Below are positions 34,180 through 46,229 of a stretch of DNA of 64,000 nt, piece after piece. Within the stretch, counting starts at the first letter, position 1; every line of letters starts with the position of its first letter. Origin of the DNA: Pachysolen tannophilus NRRL Y-2460 (taxonomy: Eukaryota). A program made the translations under genes and the position numbers. The stretch is from assembly GCA_001661245.1 (NCBI GenBank), contig KV454016.1:792648-856647 (forward strand), written 5' to 3'. The notes under the pieces were generated by a model. The model saw only the letters and a list, made by a program, of their open reading frames with translations, had not been told where the DNA came from and did not search any database.

Positions 34180-35679
34180 TTAAAACTTATCTTCAGCGCC
34201 TCCCATCTTTTTAACTTCATGATGTAATTCAGCCAAATTATTGGATAATTCCATGAATAAATGGAATTCTTCTTTTAAAGTTCTAACTATGAGATCTAAA
34301 CCACCAACATTATTTAAATCAACTAGTCCATTGATAGATATTTTATCCATATTATTCACAGTATTTTCTATTTCTTGTAAAATTGATTTATATTTTTCGA
34401 TATTATTTACGAAATCTTCAATTTTAAGGATATAATATTGATTCAAGATATTTGTTGCATTTGCTGATACAGATGAATTATATCTACCTTGTTGTTGATT
34501 TCCAACTGGACTAGCACCATTACCTGAACCTAATCCATTATTACCTTTTAATAAATCTTGATTTGTCAATTGAAGATATAATTTCAATAATCTTTCAACC
34601 CAATCGTTAAAAGTTTCCAAATTTTTTGATTTGAAAGAATCTATAAATTTCAAATCACTGCTTAATGCTTGATTCACAGAATAGTATTTATTTTCAAGAT
34701 ATTTGATATCTCTAGGTATGCTATCAATAAGTTCTTTATGGTTTGCTTCTTCATTTTTTAAACCTTCAGCAATTTGCAATTGTAGTTTGATGTACTTATC
34801 CAATTCTTCAATCTCTTTTTGATAAGCCTCTGGTAAATCACTTACTCTGGTCAATGAAGTCAATTGAGGAATTTGTTGTTGCAATTGCTGCTGTTGTTGT
34901 TGCTGTTGTTGCTGCTGATTAACATTTCCAAAAAGTCCTCCACCGGTACTGCCAAAATTCGTACCACTGGCACTATTATTAGTATTAATGTTGTTATTGT
35001 TATTATTACCAAGACCGAAACCTTGGAAAGGGTTTTGTTGAGTGTTATTACTGTTATTATTGCTATTACTAGTGTTGCCAAGATTGAAAGCACCACCAGA
35101 CGTACTGTTTCCAAACAAACCACCTCCCGTTTGAGTTTGGGTTTGGCCACCAGTGCCAGTGCCAGTACCAGCACCAGTTCCAGCTGCAGCGGGCTTCGAC
35201 ATACCAAACCCAAACCCAGACCCAAACCCAGATCCTAAACCGCCTAAACCACCTGAACCACCTGCGGCCCCTAAACCGCTCGTGCCAGCCATTGTATTTG
35301 TACTTGGGTTATTACCGGTCTTGAGAGAAAATCCACCTGGAGCATTACTACCGCCAAACATACTTCCAGAATTCGTATTACCACCACTACCACCACTAGC
35401 ACTACCACCACCGAAACCTCCAAAACCTCCCGTGCTACCAAACAGATTCTGCCCACTTTGCGAAGAAAACGGATTAGAAGCCTTTGCCCCAAATCCTTGA
35501 CCACTAACACCTAAACCGCCATTATTATTACTATTATTATTATTATTAATATTATTATTCAATCCAAAACCAGTCTGCCCAGAATTTGTATTGGTATTAG
35601 TATTCGCGTTATTGTTACTACCAAAACCAAATCCCATCCCACTAGATGCATTTTTCGAAGAAGCCAAACCTCCAAACAT
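34180..35679 (-). CDS. NUP49: FG nucleoporin Nup49
   Basis: FG/GLFG repeats, then LTRVSDLPEAYQKEIEELDKYI and a coiled-coil C-terminus. Divergent from XRN1 as in S. cerevisiae. Confidence 0.88.
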   Translation of the reverse strand: MFGGLASSKNASSGMGFGFGSNNNANTNTNTNSGQTGFGLNNNINNNNNSNNNGGLGVSGQGFGAKASNPFSSQSGQNLFGSTGGFGGFGGGSASGGSGGNTNSGSMFGGSNAPGGFSLKTGNNPSTNTMAGTSGLGAAGGSGGLGGLGSGFGSGFGFGMSKPAAAGTGAGTGTGTGGQTQTQTGGGLFGNSTSGGAFNLGNTSNSNNNSNNTQQNPFQGFGLGNNNNNNINTNNSASGTNFGSTGGGLFGNVNQQQQQQQQQQQLQQQIPQLTSLTRVSDLPEAYQKEIEELDKYIKLQLQIAEGLKNEEANHKELIDSIPRDIKYLENKYYSVNQALSSDLKFIDSFKSKNLETFNDWVERLLKLYLQLTNQDLLKGNNGLGSGNGASPVGNQQQGRYNSSVSANATNILNQYYILKIEDFVNNIEKYKSILQEIENTVNNMDKISINGLVDLNNVGGLDLIVRTLKEEFHLFMELSNNLAELHHEVKKMGGAEDKF

Positions 35680-36158
35680 TACTCAAGTTCAAACCAACTA
35701 AACACAATTCACACTTCAACAAGAATAATAACCACGTCCTTCCAAATTCAAAACTTCCACACTTATTATCTTATTACAATTAATTGTTTTCCACTTGTTT
35801 TATCTTGTTTTCACTTTTCACCTTCAACCAAAAATTTTTTTTTTGTTTTTTTCAGATATCAAACATTTTTTGAGTTTTTTGTTCACGACCTGTTTTTTCT
35901 TTCATTGGCGGTTAAAAAATTATTCAACGAAAGCTAGATAATAGATATATATATATAAATATATATATATATATTAGTTTATTTAAAATTGATAAATTGT
36001 TTTCACAAAATCAATCATTAGGTGTGATTTATCTTATTGAGGTAAAAGGAGAATTTGTGTGTTGGTTGTTTTTGGTTTTTTTTTTTTTTTTTTTATTTTT
36101 TTATTGTGCTTTGGAATAAAAGAAATCAAAAGAAAAGAAAAGAAAAAAAGAGAGAAAG

Positions 36159-39100
36159 ATGGGTATTCCCAAGTTTTTCAGATTCATTTCAGAGAGATGG
36201 CCGTTAATCAGTCAGTTGATTGATGGAACACAGATTCCTCAATTTGATAATTTATATCTTGATATGAACTCTATCTTGCATAATTGTACTCATTCGAATG
36301 ATGATGTTTTGTCATCTCCATTAACAGAAGAACAAATGTTTATTGCTATATTTGCATATATAGATCATTTGTTTAATACGATAAAGCCGCAAAAGACTTT
36401 TTATATGGCTATTGATGGAGTTGCTCCAAGGGCTAAGATGAACCAGCAAAGGGCTAGAAGATTTAGAACTGCGGTTGCAGCAGAAAAGAATTTAGAAAAA
36501 GCTGAGAAAGATGGAATGGTACTTGAAAAAGAAAGTCAATTTGATTCTAATTCTATTACTCCAGGAACAGAATTTATGGCAAAATTAACTAAAAATATTA
36601 AATTTTTCATTCATCAAAAAATTTCTTCTGATTCAAATTGGCAAAATATTAATGTTATATTAAGTGGTCATGAAGTTCCAGGTGAAGGTGAACATAAAAT
36701 TATGGAATATATTACTACTATGAAAGCTCAACCAGATTATAATCTGAATTTACGTCATTGTGTATATGGTTTAGATGCAGATTTAATTATTCTTGGACTT
36801 GTTACACATGATCCACATTTTGCACTATTAAGAGAAGAAGTTACATTTGGTCGTCAAGCTTCTCAAAAGACAGATGATTTATCACAACAAAAATTTTTCT
36901 TATTACATCTTTCATTGGTGAGAGAATATTTAGAATTGGAATTTAAAGAATTACAAAGTGAACTTACTTTTGAATATGATTTTGAAAAAATCTTGGATGA
37001 TTTTATTTTAATTACTTATGTTATTGGTAATGATTTCTTACCAAATTTACCAGATTTGCATATAAATAAAGGTGCTTTCCCATTATTGTTAGAAACTTTT
37101 AAACAAGCATTAAGAAAATCAGATGGATATTTGAATGAAAATGGTACTATCAATTTGAAAAGATTAGGTATATGGTTAGATTTATTATCCAAATTCGAAT
37201 TAGAAAATTTTGAAAGAGTTGACGTTGATCTTGAATGGTTTAATAAACAATTAGAAAATATTTCTATTGAAGGTCAAAGGAAAAGAGACAGACAGGGGAA
37301 ATTATTATTAATTAAACAACAGAAAAAATTGGTTGGTTTAATCAAACCTTGGATTTTGAAAGTTTACTCTACTAAATTTTCTGTTCAAGATTATATGGAA
37401 GATGATTCTAAAATTCCAACTTTAGAATTACCAGAAGAATTAATTTCTTCATCACAAGTTAATTTGCAGTTCATAAGACAATTTGCATTAGACATTGGTA
37501 TAATTATTATTCATAGTAAGACAAATGATACATACACGGCTAAATTGGACGTTGACGGTATGGATCCAAATGAAACCAATGATGAATTTGAAAGTAGAGT
37601 TGATGAGTTACGTAGAATCATTAAAAGGTATCAAGCAGCAATTATAGTTGAAGACGAAGAAGTCTTTGAAGAACAAAAAGATATTTATAATCAAAAATTC
37701 ATTAAATGGAAGGATGAATATTATAAAGAGAAATTAGGTTTTAGTATTGATGATGAAGAAGAAATGAAAAAATTAACGGAAAACTATGTTGAAGGTTTAC
37801 AGTGGGTTTTGTATTATTATTACAGAGGTTGTCCATCATGGTCTTGGTATTACAAATATCATTATGCTCCGAGAATTTCTGATGTTAAATTAGGATTGAA
37901 CGTTTTGATAAATTTCAACAAAGGTACTCCATTTAAACCTTTCCAACAATTAATGGCCGTGCTACCAGCAAGATCTCGTACTTTGATACCTGTTTGTTAC
38001 CGTTCTCTCATGACAGATGAACATTCACCAATTATAGATTTTTATCCTGACGATGTTGAAATTGATAAGAACGGTAAGACGGCAGAATGGGAAGCTGTTG
38101 TTAAATTATCATTTGTAGATGAAAAGAGATTGATTGACGCTATGGCAACATATGACCTCAAACTAACAGCAGAAGAAAGAGAGAGGAACAGTTTTGGTAA
38201 AGATTTAATTTTCCAATTCAATCCTCAAGCAGATAATGTACTTCATTCCCCTGCTCCTTCTCTTATTCAAGATTTATCTCACGATCATTGTTACGAAGAA
38301 GTTTTTACTTTGCCTTCAATGAATGGTTTAGATTTCAAATTTGGATTATGTGAAGGTGTCTTGTTGGGTAAAAATGCATTGGCAGGTTTTCCAACTTTAC
38401 AAACAATTCCATTTAAATCTGAATTAGCAGCAGAAGGAATTGTTGTATTTAACCAACCTTCTAGATCAAAATCAATGATCTTGACTTTGGAAAATCCTTA
38501 TCAAGGATTAACTGTTGAACAATTTGCCAGAGAAAATATTGGTGAAGTTGTTTATACCAGATGGCCATATTTAAGAGAGGCCAAGGTTGTGAATGTTTGT
38601 GATAATTTGATGAGGTATGAAAAGTTGAAAGGAAACAACAAGTCATCCAAATCGTTCATTGCTACACCTTTAGAACATTTTGAAAGAGATGATTTTGAAA
38701 AAACCTGTGCTAGTATTTACAATGCTTACCATAAGACTAAAGGTGTTGTCATAACTAATGGCGACGAGGAGAATTCTAATAGAAATAAGTCACGTTCTCC
38801 GATCGAAGGTTTAGTTTATGTAAAACCGGTTACTGGTTTGATTCGTAATAAGAAAGGTGCGTACGTCAAGACTTTTAGCGATCAAGTTGAAATTTATCCG
38901 GTTCAATTGGTGGTTGAAGATGTTGTTAATAAGGACATTAGATTCAAAGAAAGACCGCCATTACCTATCAATGAAGAATTCCCAGTTGATACAGATGTCG
39001 TATTTTTGGGATCATTTGCATATGGATGTCCAGCCAAAGTAATTGGTTATTCTTCTGATAGTACTTTATCAGTAAAGGCTTCTAAAATTTCAAAAGTGAA

Positions 39101-40793
39101 AGAACCAAATTTTGGTGTAGAACAAGCAAAAATTGAAAATGAAACTATAAAATATTATTCATCAAGGGAAGTTTGCAGAATTTTGAAAATTTCGCCTTTA
39201 TTTTTATCGAAAATTACATCAAGCTATATGGTTGAAAATCTTGATGGTAGAAGGGTTAACATTGGTTTAGAATTAAAATTTGAAGCAAAGAAGTTGAAAG
39301 TATTAGGTTACACAAAACGTAATGAAAGAGGTTGGGAATATAGTGCATTAGCAATCGGTTTCCTTCAAGAGTATATGGCAAAATTTTCAAAATTATTTTC
39401 TTCATTAGCTGGGTTAGGTTCATCCAGCTCTATCCCTAATATTTCACAACTTTTCAGATCGAACGATCCAGAAACTTTGAGGGAAAAATTGAAGGAAGTT
39501 ACAAGTTATTTGAAAGAGCGTAAATCGCAATTGATTGCAGTCTCATTAGAGTCCGAATCGTTATCTAGAATCAGTATTGCTAAGATTGAAGAAAAAATTG
39601 AAAGATATGTTCAATCACCTCCAGACTTTGAAGCTAAAGGTATTAAAGGTATTCCAAGAACTGCTGTTTTGGATCCTTCATCTTCGTTTCAACTTTTGAG
39701 TAAACAATTTTTCAAATTAGGTGATCGCGTTGTTTATGTTCAATCTTCCGGTAAAGTTCCTGTCTTCTCTAAAGGTACTGTAGTGGGTATCAGATCTTTA
39801 GGTACAAAGGTTTCTTTACAGGTTATTTTTGACTACTCAGTAATTAGCGGAAACACTTTAGAAGGAAGATTGAAAACCCACAGGGGTATGAGTGTTGATT
39901 CTAGTGTTTTGTTAAATTTAACTAATAGACAATTGGTTTATCATTCCGAGGCTTCGCTGAAGCGTGAAACAGGTAAGAATACAGGTGGAAGCACTCCGGA
40001 AGCTATTGCTAAAGCAAAGGAAAAGGCTAGATTACGCAGAGAAAAAATTCAAGCCGAAAAACAAAAGCAAGAACAAGGTAAACAAGAATTGTTATCGCTT
40101 ATTAAGGGAGACAAACTGTCTTCTAAGAAGAAAGAAGAAAAAGAAAAAGAGCTCCTGCAAGAGCAACAGCAGAGAGCAAGAGAAGAAAAACTGCAAGAAG
40201 CTTCTATTCGTCATGATAACAAAGCCGTTAACAATATTTACTCATCAATTATGGGTGGTATGCTAGGTACAGCTACTGCTCCGACTCATCCACATAATTT
40301 TTATGTGCCACCAGTTGTTGATGGTCAAATTCAAGGTTTCCCTCAACCACCACTGCAGGCACCTCAAGCGTTTAATCCTCAACATGTTCCATTACAGCCA
40401 CAGCCGCAGCCACAGCAACAACAACAACAATATGATGTCAATGAAAAGGCATCAAATGAGTTAAAATCATTGTTACAAAGTGGTAATAGATCGAATATTA
40501 ACAGGAACAATAACGGTAGCGGCTACAAGAAACAAAACAGTCAAAATAACCAAACTAACGGAAATACTTATCGTGACAATGACCATAAGAGTTCAAGAGG
40601 AAGCTCTAACAGCAGTCAAAGAGGAGGTCACAGTGGTCATTCTCATGGCCACGCTAGGGGAGGTGCTCGAGGAGGTTTTAGAGGGGGTAAAAAAACTAAC
40701 GAAAGCACTAGAGGCCAACACCCATCTTCAAAGAGCACAAACATTAAAACTGTTCCTCCTCCAGCTCCATTATCAACAGAAAAAGCTAAATGA
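36159..40793 (+). CDS. XRN1: 5'-3' exoribonuclease 1
   Basis: MGIPKFFRFISERWP, FDNLYLDMNSILHNCTH, AIDGVAPRAKMNQQRARRF, PGEGEHKIM and YGLDADL; 1544 aa. Confidence 0.98.
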   Translation: MGIPKFFRFISERWPLISQLIDGTQIPQFDNLYLDMNSILHNCTHSNDDVLSSPLTEEQMFIAIFAYIDHLFNTIKPQKTFYMAIDGVAPRAKMNQQRARRFRTAVAAEKNLEKAEKDGMVLEKESQFDSNSITPGTEFMAKLTKNIKFFIHQKISSDSNWQNINVILSGHEVPGEGEHKIMEYITTMKAQPDYNLNLRHCVYGLDADLIILGLVTHDPHFALLREEVTFGRQASQKTDDLSQQKFFLLHLSLVREYLELEFKELQSELTFEYDFEKILDDFILITYVIGNDFLPNLPDLHINKGAFPLLLETFKQALRKSDGYLNENGTINLKRLGIWLDLLSKFELENFERVDVDLEWFNKQLENISIEGQRKRDRQGKLLLIKQQKKLVGLIKPWILKVYSTKFSVQDYMEDDSKIPTLELPEELISSSQVNLQFIRQFALDIGIIIIHSKTNDTYTAKLDVDGMDPNETNDEFESRVDELRRIIKRYQAAIIVEDEEVFEEQKDIYNQKFIKWKDEYYKEKLGFSIDDEEEMKKLTENYVEGLQWVLYYYYRGCPSWSWYYKYHYAPRISDVKLGLNVLINFNKGTPFKPFQQLMAVLPARSRTLIPVCYRSLMTDEHSPIIDFYPDDVEIDKNGKTAEWEAVVKLSFVDEKRLIDAMATYDLKLTAEERERNSFGKDLIFQFNPQADNVLHSPAPSLIQDLSHDHCYEEVFTLPSMNGLDFKFGLCEGVLLGKNALAGFPTLQTIPFKSELAAEGIVVFNQPSRSKSMILTLENPYQGLTVEQFARENIGEVVYTRWPYLREAKVVNVCDNLMRYEKLKGNNKSSKSFIATPLEHFERDDFEKTCASIYNAYHKTKGVVITNGDEENSNRNKSRSPIEGLVYVKPVTGLIRNKKGAYVKTFSDQVEIYPVQLVVEDVVNKDIRFKERPPLPINEEFPVDTDVVFLGSFAYGCPAKVIGYSSDSTLSVKASKISKVKEPNFGVEQAKIENETIKYYSSREVCRILKISPLFLSKITSSYMVENLDGRRVNIGLELKFEAKKLKVLGYTKRNERGWEYSALAIGFLQEYMAKFSKLFSSLAGLGSSSSIPNISQLFRSNDPETLREKLKEVTSYLKERKSQLIAVSLESESLSRISIAKIEEKIERYVQSPPDFEAKGIKGIPRTAVLDPSSSFQLLSKQFFKLGDRVVYVQSSGKVPVFSKGTVVGIRSLGTKVSLQVIFDYSVISGNTLEGRLKTHRGMSVDSSVLLNLTNRQLVYHSEASLKRETGKNTGGSTPEAIAKAKEKARLRREKIQAEKQKQEQGKQELLSLIKGDKLSSKKKEEKEKELLQEQQQRAREEKLQEASIRHDNKAVNNIYSSIMGGMLGTATAPTHPHNFYVPPVVDGQIQGFPQPPLQAPQAFNPQHVPLQPQPQPQQQQQQYDVNEKASNELKSLLQSGNRSNINRNNNGSGYKKQNSQNNQTNGNTYRDNDHKSSRGSSNSSQRGGHSGHSHGHARGGARGGFRGGKKTNESTRGQHPSSKSTNIKTVPPPAPLSTEKAK

Positions 40794-41147
40794 ATGAATA
40801 AACAATTATTTTGTGTAATTTTTTCCATCCGCCCTTCCTCCCTTCTACTATTTTTTTTTTCCTCTCTTTTAGTTTCTTTTATTTTCAATAGTAATTTATG
40901 TTTCTTAGTTTGAATTAGTTAGCTTTAGTTTTATTTTTGTATTTTAAAAGAGTTTTTATTATATAGTTCTTGGTTGTAATTTTTAAAAAAATATCAATTT
41001 TCCATCCATTTCAACTAGGGTATTTTCTTTTTTTTTTACTTTTTTTTTTAATTGTACACTATTTTAAAAAATACATCATCATCACCTTAAAATTAGAATT
41101 GAAATTAAAATTATATTCATAGTTAGTTGCCTCATTTTAATTAGAAT

Positions 41148-42152
41148 ATGTCATCTTCTCTAGCTGATTATTTAGCTAAAAACTATCTAGGGACGGATTC
41201 CAAGAAAAAGAGAAAGACGCATAGGGATAAAGAATCTAGAGATGAAAAGAAGTTAGCAGATACAACGATAATTACCACTGAAGATAGAGCACCAATAAAT
41301 AATATTCATAATAATTTACAAGAGGAAGAATCACAAGTGATATCTGGTGTGGTTGATAATGATGGTGATGAAGATGAAGATGAAGAGGGGCCTTTAAAGA
41401 TAAAGTCCAGAAAGATTGTTAAAAAAAATTTAGGATGGAAAAAAGTTAAAAGTGGTGATGATCACGATAATAAGATTATAAGACCAAAAGCTGATGTTAC
41501 AACTGAAATTTCAGAAAAGGCAAAACCAAAACTAGAGTCTGGTGCACTGGCTGGCTTACATACGGGTCTGGAGGTTTCTGAGGCAATTAGATTGAAGCAA
41601 GATCAAGAGTACAATCAGTATTTGGAAACTCTTGGAGACGTTGATCATAATAATGAGGAAACAATACATAGAGATGCAAAAGGTAATATTATAGATATAA
41701 AAAAATTAAAGGAATTGAGGAAACAAGAGATTTCAGTTAAAAGAGCAAAATTATTAGAAGAACAAGAACAAATTAAATCATTAAACAAAGATTTATTAAA
41801 AGATTTAGATCAAAGACAAGAATTTGAAAAATTACAAAAATTAAAATCGATGAATGTATACAAAGACGATTTGGAATTGAACTTGAAGCAAACCTCGCAG
41901 TTACGAACAGATGACCCATTGTTAATGTATGATGAAACCAAGCTGAAAGAATTACAAAAAGGAAGATATAGATCAAGAACAGGTAGAAAATTGTATAAGC
42001 ATCCGTACCCTGAAAACAGGTTCAACATTGCACCCGGTTGGAGATGGGATGGTATCGACAGATCCAATGGATTTGAGAGAAAGTGGTTTGACAAGCAGTC
42101 TGAAATAAATACCAAGAAAATACTAAACTATACAATGCAAGAAGACTACTAG
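41148..42152 (+). CDS. BUD13: RES complex splicing factor Bud13/Cwc26
   Basis: SLADYLAKNY start and PENRFNIAPGWRWDGIDRSNGFERKWF. Confidence 0.95.
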   Translation: MSSSLADYLAKNYLGTDSKKKRKTHRDKESRDEKKLADTTIITTEDRAPINNIHNNLQEEESQVISGVVDNDGDEDEDEEGPLKIKSRKIVKKNLGWKKVKSGDDHDNKIIRPKADVTTEISEKAKPKLESGALAGLHTGLEVSEAIRLKQDQEYNQYLETLGDVDHNNEETIHRDAKGNIIDIKKLKELRKQEISVKRAKLLEEQEQIKSLNKDLLKDLDQRQEFEKLQKLKSMNVYKDDLELNLKQTSQLRTDDPLLMYDETKLKELQKGRYRSRTGRKLYKHPYPENRFNIAPGWRWDGIDRSNGFERKWFDKQSEINTKKILNYTMQEDY

Positions 42153-42365
42153 AAATTGTATTATGCAAAAATTTTTATAAAATCATTAATTAATTTAAAA
42201 AGAGGTACCAATTTTTAACAAATACATACATACATACATAAATCGATAAAACTATTAAACAAACCTCATCTCAGATTAACGACTCATCTCACTTACAGGT
42301 CTTCTTCTTCTTCTTCTTCTTCTTCTTCCTCTTCATCTCCTAATATTTCTTCCACCAAAAATTTC

Positions 42366-42393
42366 ACGCGTAAATCACTATTTCCTAATTCGG
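42366..42393 (+). promoter_or_regulatory. MCB (ACGCGT) plus ECB/Mcm1-like site (TTTCCTAATTCGGA) upstream of SWI4
   Basis: ACGCGT at 42366-42371 and CCTAATTCGG at 42384-42393. Confidence 0.55.
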
Positions 42394-42770
42394 ATTAAAT
42401 TGAGTTTTCCAAAATTTCTTCTTGCATGATTTTGTAATATAAGTAATACTTTGTTTCCTACTATTCTTCTTCTTTTGATAGGTAATTGAGAATTTAAATT
42501 AGAAAGAAATTAATTTAGAAAATTGTTCTATTTTGTGTGTGGTCTATTAATTGCTAATCTGATAAGTTAATTTTAGAAAAGAGAAACAAGAATAGTGATA
42601 CTTAATTTCAGTTCCACATTGTATTTCTTTTTTTTTTTCTTTCTTTTTTTTTTTTTTTTTTTTTTTGAGGACATTTATATATATCTCGAGTAGCGGTATT
42701 AAAGATTTTTAAGTCTTCAAATAGAGTACCATTCAAAGAAAGAAACAGAATTCGGAAAGATACTTTGAAT

Positions 42771-45700
42771 ATGGATATTCATCAGCAGATATACATAGCT
42801 ACATATAGTAACGTAAGTTTACAAAAATTCAATGGAATTTACATTTTCCGTTAAAACAACGCGTCTTCGTTTATATCAATGGTAGAAAAAAAGAAGAAGA
42901 AGAAGAAAAAAATTTTTTTTTTCTTATTTAATTATATATATATATATACTAATATACTAACCTGAAATGATGTATTCTGTTGAAATAGGTTGATGTTTTC
43001 GAAAGTGTCATTAATGGTATTCCTCTTATGAGGAGGTGTTCTGATGATTGGGTGAATTCTACTCAGATTTTGAGGATTGCCGATTTTCCAAAAGCTCAAA
43101 GAACAAAGATTCTTGAAAGAGAAGTTCAAATTCATACCCATCAAAAGATTCAAGGTGGTTATGGTAGATTCCAAGGAACTTGGATTCCGTTAGAAGTTGC
43201 TAGGAAGATAGCGTTAAATTATGGAATTGATGAAAATGTTGCTCCAATTTTATATTATAACCCTGAGGATAATCAAGGTATTCCTTTAACTAGAAAGGGG
43301 AAACCAGGTAAGAATTTAGGTGCAAATAATGAAATAAATCCTTCTCCAACAAAGAAAAGAAAAGAAAATCCAAAGAAGGAGAATAAAAAATTGAACAAGA
43401 AGGATACAACTCCTCAGAAAAGAGGTGTAACAGCGGAATTACAACACCAATACCAATTACATATTCAGCAACAGCAACAGCAACAGCAACTGCAGCAGCA
43501 GCAACAACAACAACAACAACAACTGCAAGTTCACCAACTGCAAATGCATATCTCAACAAATACACAAATGATACCGCAGAACTTGTTACCTCCCCAATTT
43601 GTTGTTTCTTCTTCAATTCCAACTTTCCCACAACAACAAAATGATTTTAGAACAAATCAAATTCAAGTACAACAGCAATTTGTTATGGCTGCGCAGTTTC
43701 AACAAAAACAAGCACAACAGCAATTTCAAATACAACAACACCATCATCAAGCTCAATACCCACAGGATATGCAGTATCCTCAGATGCAGCACCTGACTCA
43801 AGCTGAAATTGTGGATTATCAACAGCATAATCAAAAATATTCACAAGGATCTCTTTCCACAACTGAAAATTGGTCCCAGGATGATAGAAGAAATTCAGAT
43901 ACTTCGTTGTCATCAAATGCCTCTTTACATTTAAAGGAAGATTTACACCAAAAGCAGTTACAACAACAACAACAACAGCAACAACAACAGTATAATCATT
44001 TCCCACAAGAACATTTTGCTATTGCGGAAAATATGCAAGTTGGAGATATGAGTTTTGAAGATCAACATCAAAATGGCGATGAGGAAATAGAGGAGGAAGT
44101 ATCGATTTATACTACTCAATTATTAGATTTTTTCGAAAAAGACAATGCAGAAATTCCAAGCTTTTTATATAATATACCTTCCGATTTCGATGTTAATGAA
44201 CAAATCGATGACGAAGGTCATACCCCATTACATTGGGCCTCTGCTTTAGCCAACTTGCCAATTATTGAATTATTGGTCAAAAATAATGCAGATCCTTTGA
44301 TTCCAAACAAGAAAGGGATTAATTGTTTATCTAAGATGATTTCTTTTAATAATTCTTTTGATTTACAAAATTTTCCCAGAATCTTGGAATTATTTAAAAC
44401 ATGTTTAGTTGTTCCTGATTGTAATAGTAGAATTCCTTTACATTATTTAATGGAATTGGCAAAATTTGAAAAAAATTTTAAAAGTTTAAAATACTATGTA
44501 ACTGAAATTTTTAAATTTGCAAAGATGAATGATGAGAATCAACCTCAAGTTGATGAAAATAAGAAATTATTGAAAATTCTTATTAATCATCAGGATATCA
44601 GTGGTGATTCTTCTTTACATATTTGTGCTAGGATTGGTAATAGAGAATTCATCAAGATGTTATTATCGAATGGTGCTGATATCAACTTGTGCAATCTTTC
44701 TGGTCAGAGTTGCAGAGACTTGATATCTATTGAGATTTTGGAAGAATTTCAAAGAGACATAATGTTGAAGAATAGAGGACCTGGATCATTAAGTAAAAGA
44801 GGAAGAAAAAAGAAAAATTCTCCTAAATCGCTATCTATTGATAGCAACAGTAATGAAGAGGATTTGGAATTGGAATTGGAAAAGAACAAAATGAGGGTGG
44901 AAAATAAGGTCTTTGTAGGGAACACAGATGAAGAAAATAAGGAAAACATTTTTTTCAATAGAGGAGGGGAACATGTTTCAGTTAACAATGCTAATGTTGA
45001 AGCTAATGCTGAAGCTAATAATGGGAATAGTGATAACAAGGTTAGCATTAACGGTAGCGTGGGCATTAATACAACAAACAAGAAAACGTCGTCATCATCG
45101 TCGTCATCGAGACGGAAAACTCGTATTACGATGAAATCTTTATCTAGCATACGCTACGGGTTTCCTGACTTGTTTACATCGTTAGAGGAAAAAATTGATG
45201 ATGAAATCAAACAGGTTGATGATGAGTATCAATATAATTTGAGTGTTTATGAGGATTTGAAAAATGAAACTCATGATTTGATGTTTCAAAATAGTAAAAT
45301 TATTCATAAAGTGTTATCACCTGAAGAAATAATTATAGAATCACCAAACTCTTCATCACATTCTGTGCAATCTAAAAATTTAGCTGTTGTTTCAGAAAAG
45401 TTAAATCAAATGGATGAAAAAGTTGAACTTAAAGCTCAGTATTTGCATAAAATTTGGGAAAGATCTCAATCTTTACAATTAGCTAAATTGGCCCATAAAG
45501 AAGAAGAAGCAATTTGCGATGAAGAAAGAGAACAAGGAGCGGATGAAGATGAATCCAAACTTACCGTTGGAAACGTGAAGCTGGCTATAGAGTTGACTTT
45601 ATTACAATTAAGAAGAAAGAAATTGGTTGATGATATCATTCGCAGATTGAGCCATAACGCCAATTTTAATAATGAAAGTGATGTTTCCAAGCATAATAAA

Positions 45701-45802
45701 AACATCGAGAAGTATAAGAGGTTGATAAGTCTTGCATGTGGAATTGATGACATTAATGAGGAACTATTAGACGGCATACAGAATGCTTTATTTAAGACTT
45801 AG
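42771..45802 (+). CDS. SWI4: SBF/MBF DNA-binding subunit (APSES + ankyrin), Swi4-like; exons 42771-42812 and 42989-45802 (951 aa)
   Basis: Spliced start MDIHQQIYIATYSNVDVFESVINGIPLMRRC; KIQGGYGRFQGTWIPL; ankyrin motifs GHTPLHWA and GDSSLHICA. Swi4 versus Mbp1/Res assignment is not certain. Confidence 0.8.
42813..42988 (+). other. Spliceosomal intron in the SWI4-like gene (176 nt, phase 0)
   Basis: GTAAGT donor, TACTAAC at 42955-42961 and TAG acceptor; restores the APSES N-terminus. Confidence 0.93.
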
Positions 45803-45843
45803 TTTACATATATATTAAAAAAAAAAAAAAAAAAAAGTAACAT

Positions 45844-45884
<41 letters not shown>

Positions 45885-46229
45885 NNNNNNNNNNNNNNNN
45901 NNNNNNNNNNNNNNNNNNNNNNNNNNNNNNNNNNNNNNNNNNNNNNNNNNNNNNNNNNNNNNNNNNNNNNNNNNNNNNNNNNNNNNNNNNNNNNNNNNNN
46001 NNNNNNNNNNNNNNNNNNNNNNNNNNNNNNNNNNNNNNNNNNNNNNNNNNNNNNNNNNNNNNNNNNNNNNNNNNNNNNNNNNNNNNNNNNNNNNNNNNNN
46101 NNNNNNNNNNNNNNNNNNNNNNNNNNNNNNNNNNNNNNNNNNNNNNNNNNNNNNNNNNNNNNNNNNNNNNNNNNNNNNNNNNNNNNNNNNNNNNNNNNNN
46201 NNNNNNNNNNNNNNNNNNNNNNNNNNNNN
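45885..46229. other. Assembly gap (N run)
   Basis: Run of n flanked by (TA)n and poly-T. Confidence 1.
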
